DNA of 63,740 bases, filler included, from Anaerolineae bacterium (lineage in GTDB: Bacteria; Chloroflexota; Anaerolineae; Epilineales; Epilineaceae): the NCBI GenBank assembly GCA_029262755.1. It is 4 parts of 4 records of this genome, joined end to end, with 100 filler letters (N's around TTAATTAATTAA, not from the genome) between each part and the next. Parts side by side here need not be neighbours in the genome. Positions count along the whole stretch, not along the records: positions 1 to 29,090 come from JAJCYU010000378.1; positions 29,191 to 55,238 come from JAJCYU010000379.1; 2 more parts are not named here. The stretch is one strand, 5' to 3'. Below are positions 28,989 through 37,440 of the stretch, piece after piece. The notes under the pieces are model-generated. The model worked only from the letters and a program-made list of their open reading frames with translations, did no database searches and was not told the origin of the DNA. The position numbers and the translations under genes are program-made. Position 1 is the first letter of the stretch; every line of letters begins with the position of its first letter.

Positions 28989-29090
28989 TCATCGTCGCTG
29001 CAACGCGAGCCTTGCGTCAACCGCCCTGTGTGGCAAGTGAATCGCGAAGAGCGTTCCGATGCCCACGTCGACGCGCCGCTCGCGCCCGTG
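28989..29090 (-). CDS. Possible 3' end of a gene cut by the contig edge (histidine-kinase-like C-terminus)
   Basis: Open frame HGRERRVDVGIGTLFAIHLPHRAVDARLALQRR*; 'GTLFAIHLP' resembles HATPase_c ends. Only 33 codons. Confidence 0.25.
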   Translation of the reverse strand, partial: HGRERRVDVGIGTLFAIHLPHRAVDARLALQRR

Positions 29091-29190
29091 NNNNNNNNNN
29101 NNNNNNNNNNNNNNNNNNNNNNNNNNNNNNNNNNTTAATTAATTAANNNNNNNNNNNNNNNNNNNNNNNNNNNNNNNNNNNNNNNNNNNN
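29091..29190. other. Artificial contig linker
   Basis: N-run with central TTAATTAATTAA (six-frame stop). Confidence 0.99.
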
Positions 29191-29825
29191 ATGCCGGCCA
29201 GCGCCAGCAGTAGCCAACTCCACGCGATACTTAGCCCCCAACGCCATAGCGGCAGCTCCCAGACGTAATGCGCCACGTCCTTGCCGAAGATCGGATCCTC
29301 GACCCCGAAAGCCTGCCCGGCCCGCCATAGCAGCACGGTCTCCCATGCGCCGGCCGCACCGGCCGCCATCAGGGCGGCGGCGGCGAGGGCGAACACGGGC
29401 ACCGCTGCTCGCATGCCGAAACGCCCGAGCCAAGGAACGCGCTGCCCCGGAAACGCCTTCGCGTCCGCGACGCGACGCGCCGCGAAGAGCAGGTTCGCGC
29501 TGAGCCAGACTGCCCCGACAACCGTCAAAGCGCCGAAGAGGGCCCAAGGCGCCAGCAGACGGGTGCGGAACGTGTCCGCCTGACCGAGCGAGTCGAACCA
29601 CAACCACTCGGTCCAGACGTTGACGCCCATCGTCGTCCCCAGGAAGAGGGCGAAGCCGAGCATACCGACCAACCACACGCGACGGCTGAAATCGACGCCC
29701 GGACCGGGCCCCTGACCGGCGGGCGGCTCCGTGCGCCGCGGACCATTGGGCGGACGTTTGCCCCCACCACGCTGCCGCGTCAGGTCGCGGAAGAGCTCCT
29801 CGACGTCAAGCGGTCGGCGGCTCAT
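29191..29825 (-). CDS. UPF0182 family membrane protein, N-terminal part (cut by gap)
   Basis: 'VWTEWLWFDSLG', 'FGVEDPIFGKDVAHYVWELP'; GGAGG SD before ATG 29825. Confidence 0.88.
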
Positions 29826-29856
29826 GGCGACCCTCCTTGGGTAGCGCGCACATCGG

Positions 29857-29928
29857 CGCAGCGGGATACATATCGGCAACTGGATTCATCCGGGTAGCCG
29901 GATTCATTAGGGCAGCTGGAATCAAACG
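29857..29928. repeat. Four degenerate 18-bp tandem units
   Basis: CGCAGCGGGATACATATC / GGCAACTGGATTCATCCG / GGTAGCCGGATTCATTAG / GGCAGCTGGAATCAAACG. Confidence 0.55.
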
Positions 29929-29939
29929 CGCAGCGGCCT

Positions 29940-31502
29940 TCAATCGGCTTGGCTTCGGGCCACGACCACTGCGGCCGCGTCGGCGCCCATGCGCATCGTG
30001 GTGTGCATATTCGGGTAGCAGAAGCCGCCTTGGCGCCCCGTGGAGCTCAGATTTTCAAGGCCGTCCAGATGGGATTGAACGGCATCGAGGTGCGGTTCGA
30101 AGCCCAACGCGAACACAGGATAGGCGTGCTCGGCGCGAATGATGCGCGTCTCGACCACTTCCTCGCGCCGCAGGAGACCCTCCCGCTCCAGGTCGTCGTA
30201 TACCGCGGACAGCGCCGCCGGGTCTCCGTTCCAGAGCCCGTCGTCGAGTTGGCACATCATCTCGACCAACAAGATGGTGTGCTCCGGCGGATCGACGACC
30301 AGGCCACTGTTCTTGGGTTCGGCCAGACGGTGGAAGATCCGATCACGGTAGTACACGTAGAGCGCGTCGAGCACCTGTTCGCGCGCCACCCGCAGGCCGT
30401 AGGCGACCATCGGGCGGTGTCGCAGCGCGGCGCCGGCCTCTTGCACAGCCGGCGGCGGCGGCGGATCCAGCGATGCGGCTAGATGGTTGATGGGTATCGT
30501 CGAGATCACGTGGTCGCAAGGCAACCGGTGTTCCTGCCCAGCGTGCCGGTAGCGCACCGCCACCACGCGCCCGGCATCGTGCTCGACGGCGGTCACGGGC
30601 GCCTCGGTCAGCACGGTGCCGCCGCTGCGCATCACGAACGCCGCCAGCGCCATGGGCATCTCGCGCGAACCCGTCCGGCTGTAGTAGAGCGTCTCTTCGG
30701 CCAGCGCGCTTTCGACGGCAGAGTCGCGTGCCTCGCGCAGCCCAAAGCGGCCCATGGCCTTCTTGAGCATGTCCACCGCGGACAGGCGCGGCATCTTGCG
30801 CCGCACGAAGGCCGCCGAGAGCTGCGCGGGCGGGCGGCCCCAGTACTTCGCCGTAAAGTCACGAAAGAAGAAGCGGTAGAGGGGCTTGCCGTAGAGTTGT
30901 ATGAGGGCCTGTTCGGCGTTCTCGGCCTCGAAAGGCGCGACGCGGTTGCGCATCTGCTGGGCGATCAGGCCAGCCAGCGCCCGGGCCAACGTCCACGGAG
31001 GAATGCCGGTCAGCAGGTCGAGAAACTCGAGCGGATATCGGCGGTAGCCGCGACCGTAGCGGATGAGCGCCGACTTTTCGACCGCGAGCAGATCGTCGCC
31101 CATGAGCGCGCGGATGTCTTCGAAGATCTCTTCGTCGAAGGCATGCAGGTGGTGCACGCCCAGATCAAAGTAGTTGCCGTCGCGCTCGCGCCCTGCGGCG
31201 AGGCCGCCAAGCACCTCGTCCCGCTCTAGGACCGTCACGCGCAGCCCCGCTCCCGCGGCGGTGCGCGCCGCGTAGAGGCCGCACACGCCGGCGCCGAGCA
31301 CTACGACGTGCGGCGCATCACCGGAAGGCGGAGCAGCGGGCAGTACGGAGTCCCCACTACCGCTTGCCGTGCGACGCTCACCGCCGACGGAACGTCGCTC
31401 GTGGCCGGTGGGCGACGCGCCGGAGCCGGCCGGAGCCGAGCTGTGGCGTGCATCGCCCGCGGGCGCGGGCGCGTCTGCGCCCGTGCCGCGGACCTCGCTC
31501 AT
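29940..31502 (-). CDS. FAD-dependent oxidoreductase (protoporphyrinogen oxidase/UDP-galactopyranose mutase-like)
   Basis: 'VVVLGAGVCGL', 'LERDEVLGGLA', 'DLGVH', 'FTAKYWG', 'AYPV', 'GRQGGFCYPNM'. Confidence 0.88.
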   Translation of the reverse strand: MSEVRGTGADAPAPAGDARHSSAPAGSGASPTGHERRSVGGERRTASGSGDSVLPAAPPSGDAPHVVVLGAGVCGLYAARTAAGAGLRVTVLERDEVLGGLAAGRERDGNYFDLGVHHLHAFDEEIFEDIRALMGDDLLAVEKSALIRYGRGYRRYPLEFLDLLTGIPPWTLARALAGLIAQQMRNRVAPFEAENAEQALIQLYGKPLYRFFFRDFTAKYWGRPPAQLSAAFVRRKMPRLSAVDMLKKAMGRFGLREARDSAVESALAEETLYYSRTGSREMPMALAAFVMRSGGTVLTEAPVTAVEHDAGRVVAVRYRHAGQEHRLPCDHVISTIPINHLAASLDPPPPPAVQEAGAALRHRPMVAYGLRVAREQVLDALYVYYRDRIFHRLAEPKNSGLVVDPPEHTILLVEMMCQLDDGLWNGDPAALSAVYDDLEREGLLRREEVVETRIIRAEHAYPVFALGFEPHLDAVQSHLDGLENLSSTGRQGGFCYPNMHTTMRMGADAAAVVVARSQAD

Positions 31503-32800
31503 GGGCGCGATACGGCCGGCGTCGCGACGGCGGGCAACTGTGCCAGGAAACGTCGTACGAGATAGCTCTCCGGCAACGCGACGTCGTCGTAACTCAGCGG
31601 TGCATCGATCGCGAGATCGCGCAGGATACGCGCCTCCGCGGCGCCTTCCGCCTCGAGCAGCGCGATCGGCACTGCGCCGCGCGCATCGGCATCGGCGCAG
31701 CGCTCAATCAGACCGTAGAAGTGGTCGCCGCCGATGCCGTGCGGCACGGTTTCGCCCGCGGTCACCGCGCGCTTGGCGTGCGCATAGACATCGCACACCC
31801 GGCCGTGCCTCGGCGTGAGCACTGCCTCGTTGCGCAGGACGGCGGCCGCGATGGCGCGTGTCGTCTCTAGATGGCACAGGTGATAGGGTCGATAGAAGAG
31901 GTAGTTGGGCCCGTCGCCGAGCTTGTAGTACCAGAGGTACTGCGCCTGCAGCGGGTCCTCACATCGCCCGACCACGAACACACCGCCACCGGGCTCCGCG
32001 CCGAGGATGTAGTCCACAACGCCCTGCTCACCGTAGCGGTCGAAGTCGAAGTGCTCGAAGACCTCACGGACGTCCGCGACGCGCGGCCCTTCCATGCCCG
32101 GTATGTGGGGCACGAGGCCCTCACCGTTGGCCAGGACCGCCATCTCGATGCAAAGCTTGGTACCGTCGGTGTATGCGCAGCATTGGATGGGGTTGAGGCG
32201 CCGGATCCGTGCTTCCTCGGCCAAACCCTCCGCCGTGGCATAGCGGTCCAAATAGCCCTTGATGTTGCCGGCCATGCGGATGTCGAAGCCCCACAGCTTG
32301 ATCTCGTCGATCATGCGCGCCAGCACGCCGTGCTGATCCCCCGCATCGCTGGTCACCACGACCCCGTGCTCGGCGGCCATCCGCATCAACGTGGGACCGA
32401 GCGCCAGATCGACCTCGGCGTTCATCAACACCACGTGCATACCGGCGACGATAGCCGCCTCACTCACCTTACCCGCGAAGCCGATCGTGTTCGTAGCCTC
32501 GACGAGCACATCGATAGCCAATTCCGGCCGATCGTCGAGCAAGAAGAAGGGGCTCTCGGTGACGACGAGCACGCCCGGCTCGGGCATGGGATCGTCGGGC
32601 CCCACGCGCTGCCACGGCGTACCGTGGGCTTCGGCGGCCTTGATGCCGGCCGCGGGGTCGATGTCGACGATGGCAACCAATTCCATGCCGGGCGTACGAC
32701 CGACCTGCCACGCGATACCGACGCCCATCGCGCCGGCGCCCACAAGCGCGACGCGGATCGTCTGGCCCTCGGCCTCTCGTTGGCGGAGCTGCTCGTACAT
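31499..32800 (-). CDS. NAD(P)-dependent oxidoreductase, homoserine-dehydrogenase-like with C-terminal SAF domain (COG4091-type)
   Basis: 'GAGAMG', 'MNAEVD', 'GDQHG', 'DGTKL', 'VVDY', 'YKLGDGP', 'YRPYHLCHLE'; ATGA overlap with downstream gene. Confidence 0.88.
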   Translation of the reverse strand: MYEQLRQREAEGQTIRVALVGAGAMGVGIAWQVGRTPGMELVAIVDIDPAAGIKAAEAHGTPWQRVGPDDPMPEPGVLVVTESPFFLLDDRPELAIDVLVEATNTIGFAGKVSEAAIVAGMHVVLMNAEVDLALGPTLMRMAAEHGVVVTSDAGDQHGVLARMIDEIKLWGFDIRMAGNIKGYLDRYATAEGLAEEARIRRLNPIQCCAYTDGTKLCIEMAVLANGEGLVPHIPGMEGPRVADVREVFEHFDFDRYGEQGVVDYILGAEPGGGVFVVGRCEDPLQAQYLWYYKLGDGPNYLFYRPYHLCHLETTRAIAAAVLRNEAVLTPRHGRVCDVYAHAKRAVTAGETVPHGIGGDHFYGLIERCADADARGAVPIALLEAEGAAEARILRDLAIDAPLSYDDVALPESYLVRRFLAQLPAVATPAVSRP

Positions 32801-32911
32801 CGGGGCGACATCTCGCGCTGGGTTGGGGTGGATATCCGGCTGACGATAGGCGTGGGCCCAAGGGGTGTCAAGGGCTCACGGCCGTGCGAAGGGACCGTTT
32901 CACGGGCCGAT

Positions 32912-32962
32912 AAAACGCAACGGGGGCCGGTCACGGCATTGGCCGCGCCCGACCCCTCTGCG
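32912..32962 (-). terminator. Possible intrinsic terminator after the S1-domain gene
   Basis: Minus strand GCAGAGGGGTCGG...CCGGCCCCCGTTGC followed by GTTTT; imperfect stem. Confidence 0.4.
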
Positions 32963-32989
32963 GCGCCTGAATGGGAAGCCGCAGCTCCC

Positions 32990-34417
32990 CTAGCCGGCGT
33001 CTTCTTCCTGCGTGTCTCGGTACTCGGCGAGCATCTGCGCATAGATGTCTGACAGACCGTCGCCTTCGGCCGCTTCGGCCGCGACCACGGGCGTCTCGCC
33101 TTCGGCAGCTGCGCCCTCTTCGGCGCCTTCCGCCGCGTCTTCATCATCCTCGTCGTCGATCTGGCCCAAGGCACGTCGCAACGCAAGCTCCACCACCGTG
33201 GGATGCCGCTCTTCCGGCTCGTCCGGCATGGCGTAGTCGGCGGAGTCCGCGGCGTTGGCCTGCGCTTCGGCAAGCCCCTCGTCGTTGCCGAGGCCGACCA
33301 TGCTTAGGCTGATGCGCTTGCGACCCTTGTCGATTTCCTTGACCTTGACCTCGACGGTGTCGCCCGGCTTCACGACGTCCTCCGGCTGAGAGACAAAGCC
33401 GCTGGACATCTCGCTGATGTGCACGAGCCCTTCGGTCTCGGAACCGATGTCCACAAACGCACCGTACTTGGTAACCGTCGTCACCGTACCGCTCACCACC
33501 GTGCCGGCGCTCAAGCCGCTCATCGGCACGGAGGGCGGGGACTTCATGGTGAGCGAGATCCGGCCCTTGCCGTGATCGATCTCCTTCACCCATACCTCGA
33601 CCTCGTCGCCCGCGCTGACCACGTCCTCCACCTTCTGGACGCGCTTGGCCGACAGCTCCGTGATATGGACGAGCCCGTCCGTGACCGCGCCGATATCGAC
33701 GAACGCCCCGAATTTGGCCAGACCGACGACGCGACCCTTGAGCTTCTCGCCCGCGTTGACCTGGTCCAACTGCTTGCGCGGCGTACCACGTCGCTTCGGC
33801 TTCTTGCCCGACTTCGCAGCGGGCTTCGCGGCCGGGGCTGCCTCGGCAGCGGCTGCAGCCTTCGCAGCGGCCGGGGCCTTGTCGGCGGCCGGAGGTGCCT
33901 TGGCATCGGCGGCAGTCTTCGCAGCGGCCGGGGCCTTGTCGGCGGCCGGAGCCGCCTTGGCATCGGCGGCAGCCTTCGCCGCGGCAGGGGCCTTGTCGGC
34001 GGCCGGAGCTGCCTTGGCATCGGCCGAAGTCTTCGCAGCGGCCGTGGCCTTGTCGGCGGCCGGAGCCGCGGCGACCGCTGGAGCCTTCGCTGGCGCCGAC
34101 GACTGCTTTGCAGCCGGTGCTTTCTCAGCGGCCGGTGCTTTCTCTGCAGCGGGCGCCTTCTTCTCCGCGGCTGGTTCCTTCTCTGCAGCCGGCGCCTTCT
34201 CAGCGGCCGGTTTCTTTTCTGCAGCCGGCGCCTTCTTCTCAGCGGCCGGTACCTTCTCTGCTGCCGGTTCCTTCTCCGCAGCGGCCGGCGCCTTCTCAGC
34301 GGCCGAGGCTGCTTCGTCGGACTCCGCCTTCGCAACCGCCGGCGTATCGGTCGCCTTCGAATCCTCGGCCGCGGCCTGCGGCGCGTCCTTCTCGGTCTGC
34401 TCGTCTTGCTCTGCCAT
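32990..34417 (-). CDS. S1 RNA-binding domain protein (two S1 domains) with long Ala/Lys/Pro repeat N-terminus and acidic tail
   Basis: 'FGAFVDIG...[10 protein letters not shown]' and 'YGAFVDIG...[10 protein letters not shown]...RISLSM'. Confidence 0.9.
   Translation of the reverse strand: MAEQDEQTEKDAPQAAAEDSKATDTPAVAKAESDEAASAAEKAPAAAEKEPAAEKVPAAEKKAPAAEKKPAAEKAPAAEKEPAAEKKAPAAEKAPAAEKAPAAKQSSAPAKAPAVAAAPAADKATAAAKTSADAKAAPAADKAPAAAKAAADAKAAPAADKAPAAAKTAADAKAPPAADKAPAAAKAAAAAEAAPAAKPAAKSGKKPKRRGTPRKQLDQVNAGEKLKGRVVGLAKFGAFVDIGAVTDGLVHITELSAKRVQKVEDVVSAGDEVEVWVKEIDHGKGRISLTMKSPPSVPMSGLSAGTVVSGTVTTVTKYGAFVDIGSETEGLVHISEMSSGFVSQPEDVVKPGDTVEVKVKEIDKGRKRISLSMVGLGNDEGLAEAQANAADSADYAMPDEPEERHPTVVELALRRALGQIDDEDDEDAAEGAEEGAAAEGETPVVAAEAAEGDGLSDIYAQMLAEYRDTQEEDAG
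33861..34069. repeat. 57-bp coding tandem repeat, ~4 copies ([19 protein letters not shown])
   Basis: TTCGC starts at 33861, 33918, 33975, 34032. Confidence 0.9.
34110..34305. repeat. 21/24-bp coding repeats (AAEK[A/E/V/K]P A), ~9 copies
   Basis: Protein [38 protein letters not shown]... Confidence 0.85.
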
Positions 34418-34653
34418 GGTAAACCCGATCCCTTTTCCCGGTCGCCGTGTGCAATCCGGGCGCCGCGTTCGCGGCCACGTTGATGCCTTGCGGCTTGGAG
34501 CGCCGCGGGCGGGACGACACGGTGCCGTTCCGCCGAAGGCGGAAAGCTATCACCGAGCCTGCTGGTGGTCAAGGCTCGAAGGGCGAGAGTCCGCCACGAA
34601 TTGGGGGCCGCGGATCTTGACCACCGGCGGGTCGATCGGCACCATCCCGGGCC

Positions 34654-37296
34654 ATGCCCACATCTTCTTCCCACCCTGCGGCTTTGCTCCGCGCGGCGCC
34701 GCTTGCCGCGCTGTTGTTGGCATTCACGCTCCTGGCGCTGGCCTACGGCCGAGCCACACCCTTGGGCGAAGCGCCGGACGAGCCCACGCACGTGCAGTAC
34801 GTGCTGTTCCTGCGCGAAAACGGGCGCCTGCCGCAGGTGCTCGGGCGTCCCGACGGCCTACCCCAAGGCAAACATCCGCCGCTCTACTACCTACTCGGCG
34901 CGCTGACGACGGCCGGAAGCCGCTTCGAGACGATCGGCTTCGTGCGCAACCGCCACTTCTCGCATAAGCTCGACGACCCGAGTGTCGCGGGCTATTTCGT
35001 CCACCGAGATCTAGACGGGCCGGTAGACGAACGGGATGCGGCCGGACGGCGCGCGGTGGCGTTGCTGCGGCTCGTTTCGCTCCTTTCGGGCCTGGTCGTG
35101 GTCGGCGCCACGTGGTGGCTCGGCCGGCTTCTTTGGTCGGACGAGCGGACGCTGGCCGTCGCGGCGGCCGCCATGGCCGCCTTTCTGCCCGGCTACGTAT
35201 TCTTCTCCGGCGTGTTTAACAACGACACCCTGGCATCCGCGTGGGTTGCGCTCGCGCTCGTGCTCGCCGTGCGCTTGGTCCAAGGCCATGCCGATCGTCG
35301 CGACCTCGCCGCCCTTGGCGTGGTGCTCGGCCTCGGTCTGATCACGAAGCTCACGACGCTGCCGGCGTTCGGTTTTGCCGGACTCGCCGTCCTTGCGCAC
35401 GCCTGGCGTAGCCGCGCCGAGCAAACCCCGCTCCGCTTCCTGATGCGCGCAGCCCTTTGGATCGGCGTGCCGGCCACGGCGCTATCCGGCTGGTGGCTCG
35501 TGCGCAACATGCGCCTCTACGGCTGGAAGGACCCGCTCGGCACAAGGGCCTGGTCGCAGAGCATCGGTCATTCGCTGCGCGAGATCCCCTTCTCCGAGGA
35601 AATCGGCACCTACCTCTGGATCCAATTCACGACCTTCTGGGGCCGCTTCGGCTGGGGCAGCGTGCCCCTGCCCAAGCCGTTATATATGGGCCTGCTGGTC
35701 GTGTGCGCCCTCGCCTGCACCGGGTTGCTCGTGCTCTTCACGTTGCGCCGCGGCGTCCTGTCGGCCGACCAACGTTGGTCGCTCGGCCTCGTCGCGGCCG
35801 CGGTCGGCCTGCTCTATGCGGCCGTCTTCCGCCTCGGCCTGCAGTTTGACCTCATCGTCGCCCACGGGCGCTATTTGTACCCTGCCCTCCCGGGCCTTGC
35901 CGTCCTGTTCGTCGCGGGATTGCTCGGACCGTTGCCGGCACGCGTCCGCGGCGGCGGCGCGCTCCTGCTCGCCGCGAGCATGGCCGCCTTCGCCTTCGGC
36001 ACGTGGCGCGGCGTCGTACGCGATGCCTTTGCGGCGCCCGCTCCGGAAGGGCCGGAGACGATCGCGGCCGCCGAATGGCCGCTGGACGTCGTCTTCGACG
36101 GCCGTATGCGCCTGGTAGGCGTCTCACTCGCCGGCGCGCCACGCGGTGCGGATGCGCTCGCCGCCCAGCGTATCGAGACGCCACAGGGCGAGATCACGCT
36201 CGATGATGACCAGATCGCGGCGCTGCGTTCAGGCGCGCAGGGAACGTGGTCGGTGCTCGACGTACCACGCATTGCGCCCGGCACGAGCGTGACCGCCACG
36301 CTGTTCTGGCGCAGCGAGCGCGACTTCTGGGACGAAGCGATCATCGACGAAGGCGGCGGCGTCGTGGCGCGCGACGACGTGGCCTTCGCCCACCTGCTCG
36401 ACGCCGACCGCGAGGTGGTCGCCCGCATCGACGAGATTCCCTTCGACGGCGCATGGCCGACGATGGCCTGGCCGATCGGCGCCACGTACGCGCAGCACCT
36501 GGTCCTGCGCATTCCCGCCGACGCCCACGCCGGCGAGGCCAGCCTGCTCGTCGGGCTCTACGAGCACGGCGCCCCCGATCTGCGCTTCCCAACGTCGGGC
36601 GACGGAGGCGGGAGCGCATTCCTGCTCGACGACGCACTGTCGCTTGGCCCATGGCTCCTGACGGACCCGGTCGCCCATTTCGACGGCCCGCAGTCGATGC
36701 GCGCGAGCTTCACCGACCGCGAAGGCACGGGCCAGGTCGGCCTGCTCGACGCCGGGGCGCGTGTGGAAGACGGTGAGGTCGTGGTCGACCTGGTGTGGAC
36801 CGCCTTCGGCGCCCCGACCCGCGATGCGCGGATCTTCGTGCACGTTGTGCAGGCCGACGCCACGGGCGACGTAGGTGAATCTGAAATGGGCGACACGAGC
36901 GAGTCGGGCACATCGACCGGCACAGTGGACGCGCTTTCCGAGAGCCGGAGGTCGATCGCGCGGGCCGGCGACGCCGCACCCGTCGCGCAGGCGGATGGCA
37001 ACGCACTCGACGGGCGGTTGCCGCTGGCCCTGTGGCCCCCGCTGCAACCGGTGCATGATACGCGTCGGTTGAGCCTGCCCGCGGGGCTAGCACCGGGCCG
37101 CTACATCGTGCGGGTCGGGCTGTACGAACCGGACTCCGGCCAACGCTGGCGGATCGACGACGTGGATAGCGGCAGGGTCGGAAGCGCGGTCGGCGATAGG
37201 GACGATGACGTCGACGGAGACGTGGACGGCGACACCGGCGTCGGTTCATCGCCAGGGGATGGTGCGCTCGACATCGGCGAGATCGTGCTTCCCTGA
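34654..37296 (+). CDS. GT-C (ArnT/PMT-like, DUF2142-type) glycosyltransferase with extracellular Ig-like C-terminal domains
   Basis: 'EAPDEPTH', 'HPPLYY', 'NND', 'LGLITK', 'FWGRFGW', 'GRYLYP'; two 'L.W...FxHL...D..P..G..P...W..G...GLY' domains. Confidence 0.85.
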   Translation: MPTSSSHPAALLRAAPLAALLLAFTLLALAYGRATPLGEAPDEPTHVQYVLFLRENGRLPQVLGRPDGLPQGKHPPLYYLLGALTTAGSRFETIGFVRNRHFSHKLDDPSVAGYFVHRDLDGPVDERDAAGRRAVALLRLVSLLSGLVVVGATWWLGRLLWSDERTLAVAAAAMAAFLPGYVFFSGVFNNDTLASAWVALALVLAVRLVQGHADRRDLAALGVVLGLGLITKLTTLPAFGFAGLAVLAHAWRSRAEQTPLRFLMRAALWIGVPATALSGWWLVRNMRLYGWKDPLGTRAWSQSIGHSLREIPFSEEIGTYLWIQFTTFWGRFGWGSVPLPKPLYMGLLVVCALACTGLLVLFTLRRGVLSADQRWSLGLVAAAVGLLYAAVFRLGLQFDLIVAHGRYLYPALPGLAVLFVAGLLGPLPARVRGGGALLLAASMAAFAFGTWRGVVRDAFAAPAPEGPETIAAAEWPLDVVFDGRMRLVGVSLAGAPRGADALAAQRIETPQGEITLDDDQIAALRSGAQGTWSVLDVPRIAPGTSVTATLFWRSERDFWDEAIIDEGGGVVARDDVAFAHLLDADREVVARIDEIPFDGAWPTMAWPIGATYAQHLVLRIPADAHAGEASLLVGLYEHGAPDLRFPTSGDGGGSAFLLDDALSLGPWLLTDPVAHFDGPQSMRASFTDREGTGQVGLLDAGARVEDGEVVVDLVWTAFGAPTRDARIFVHVVQADATGDVGESEMGDTSESGTSTGTVDALSESRRSIARAGDAAPVAQADGNALDGRLPLALWPPLQPVHDTRRLSLPAGLAPGRYIVRVGLYEPDSGQRWRIDDVDSGRVGSAVGDRDDDVDGDVDGDTGVGSSPGDGALDIGEIVLP

Positions 37297-37423
37297 CGTG
37301 CCTTTGGGGCCGCGGTGGGGAGGAGTCGGCAGGGGAACTCGACGGCCCAGCGGCGACCTCCGACGCCGACGATCTCGCCCGAAACGTTCCGGCCGAGCAC
37401 CGCCCGAATCTCTCGAACCCCTG

Positions 37424-37432
37424 TGCTACAAT
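37424..37432 (+). promoter_or_regulatory. Extended -10 promoter TGCTACAAT, 8 nt before the pcrA ATG
   Basis: TGn-TACAAT; no SD before ATG 37441. Confidence 0.55.
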
Positions 37433-37440
37433 CGCGCCCC

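Noticed and set aside
33586..34967. Long alternative ORFs 33645..34967 (+) and 33586..34791 (-)
   Set aside because: Shadow frames of the repetitive, high-GC S1 gene.
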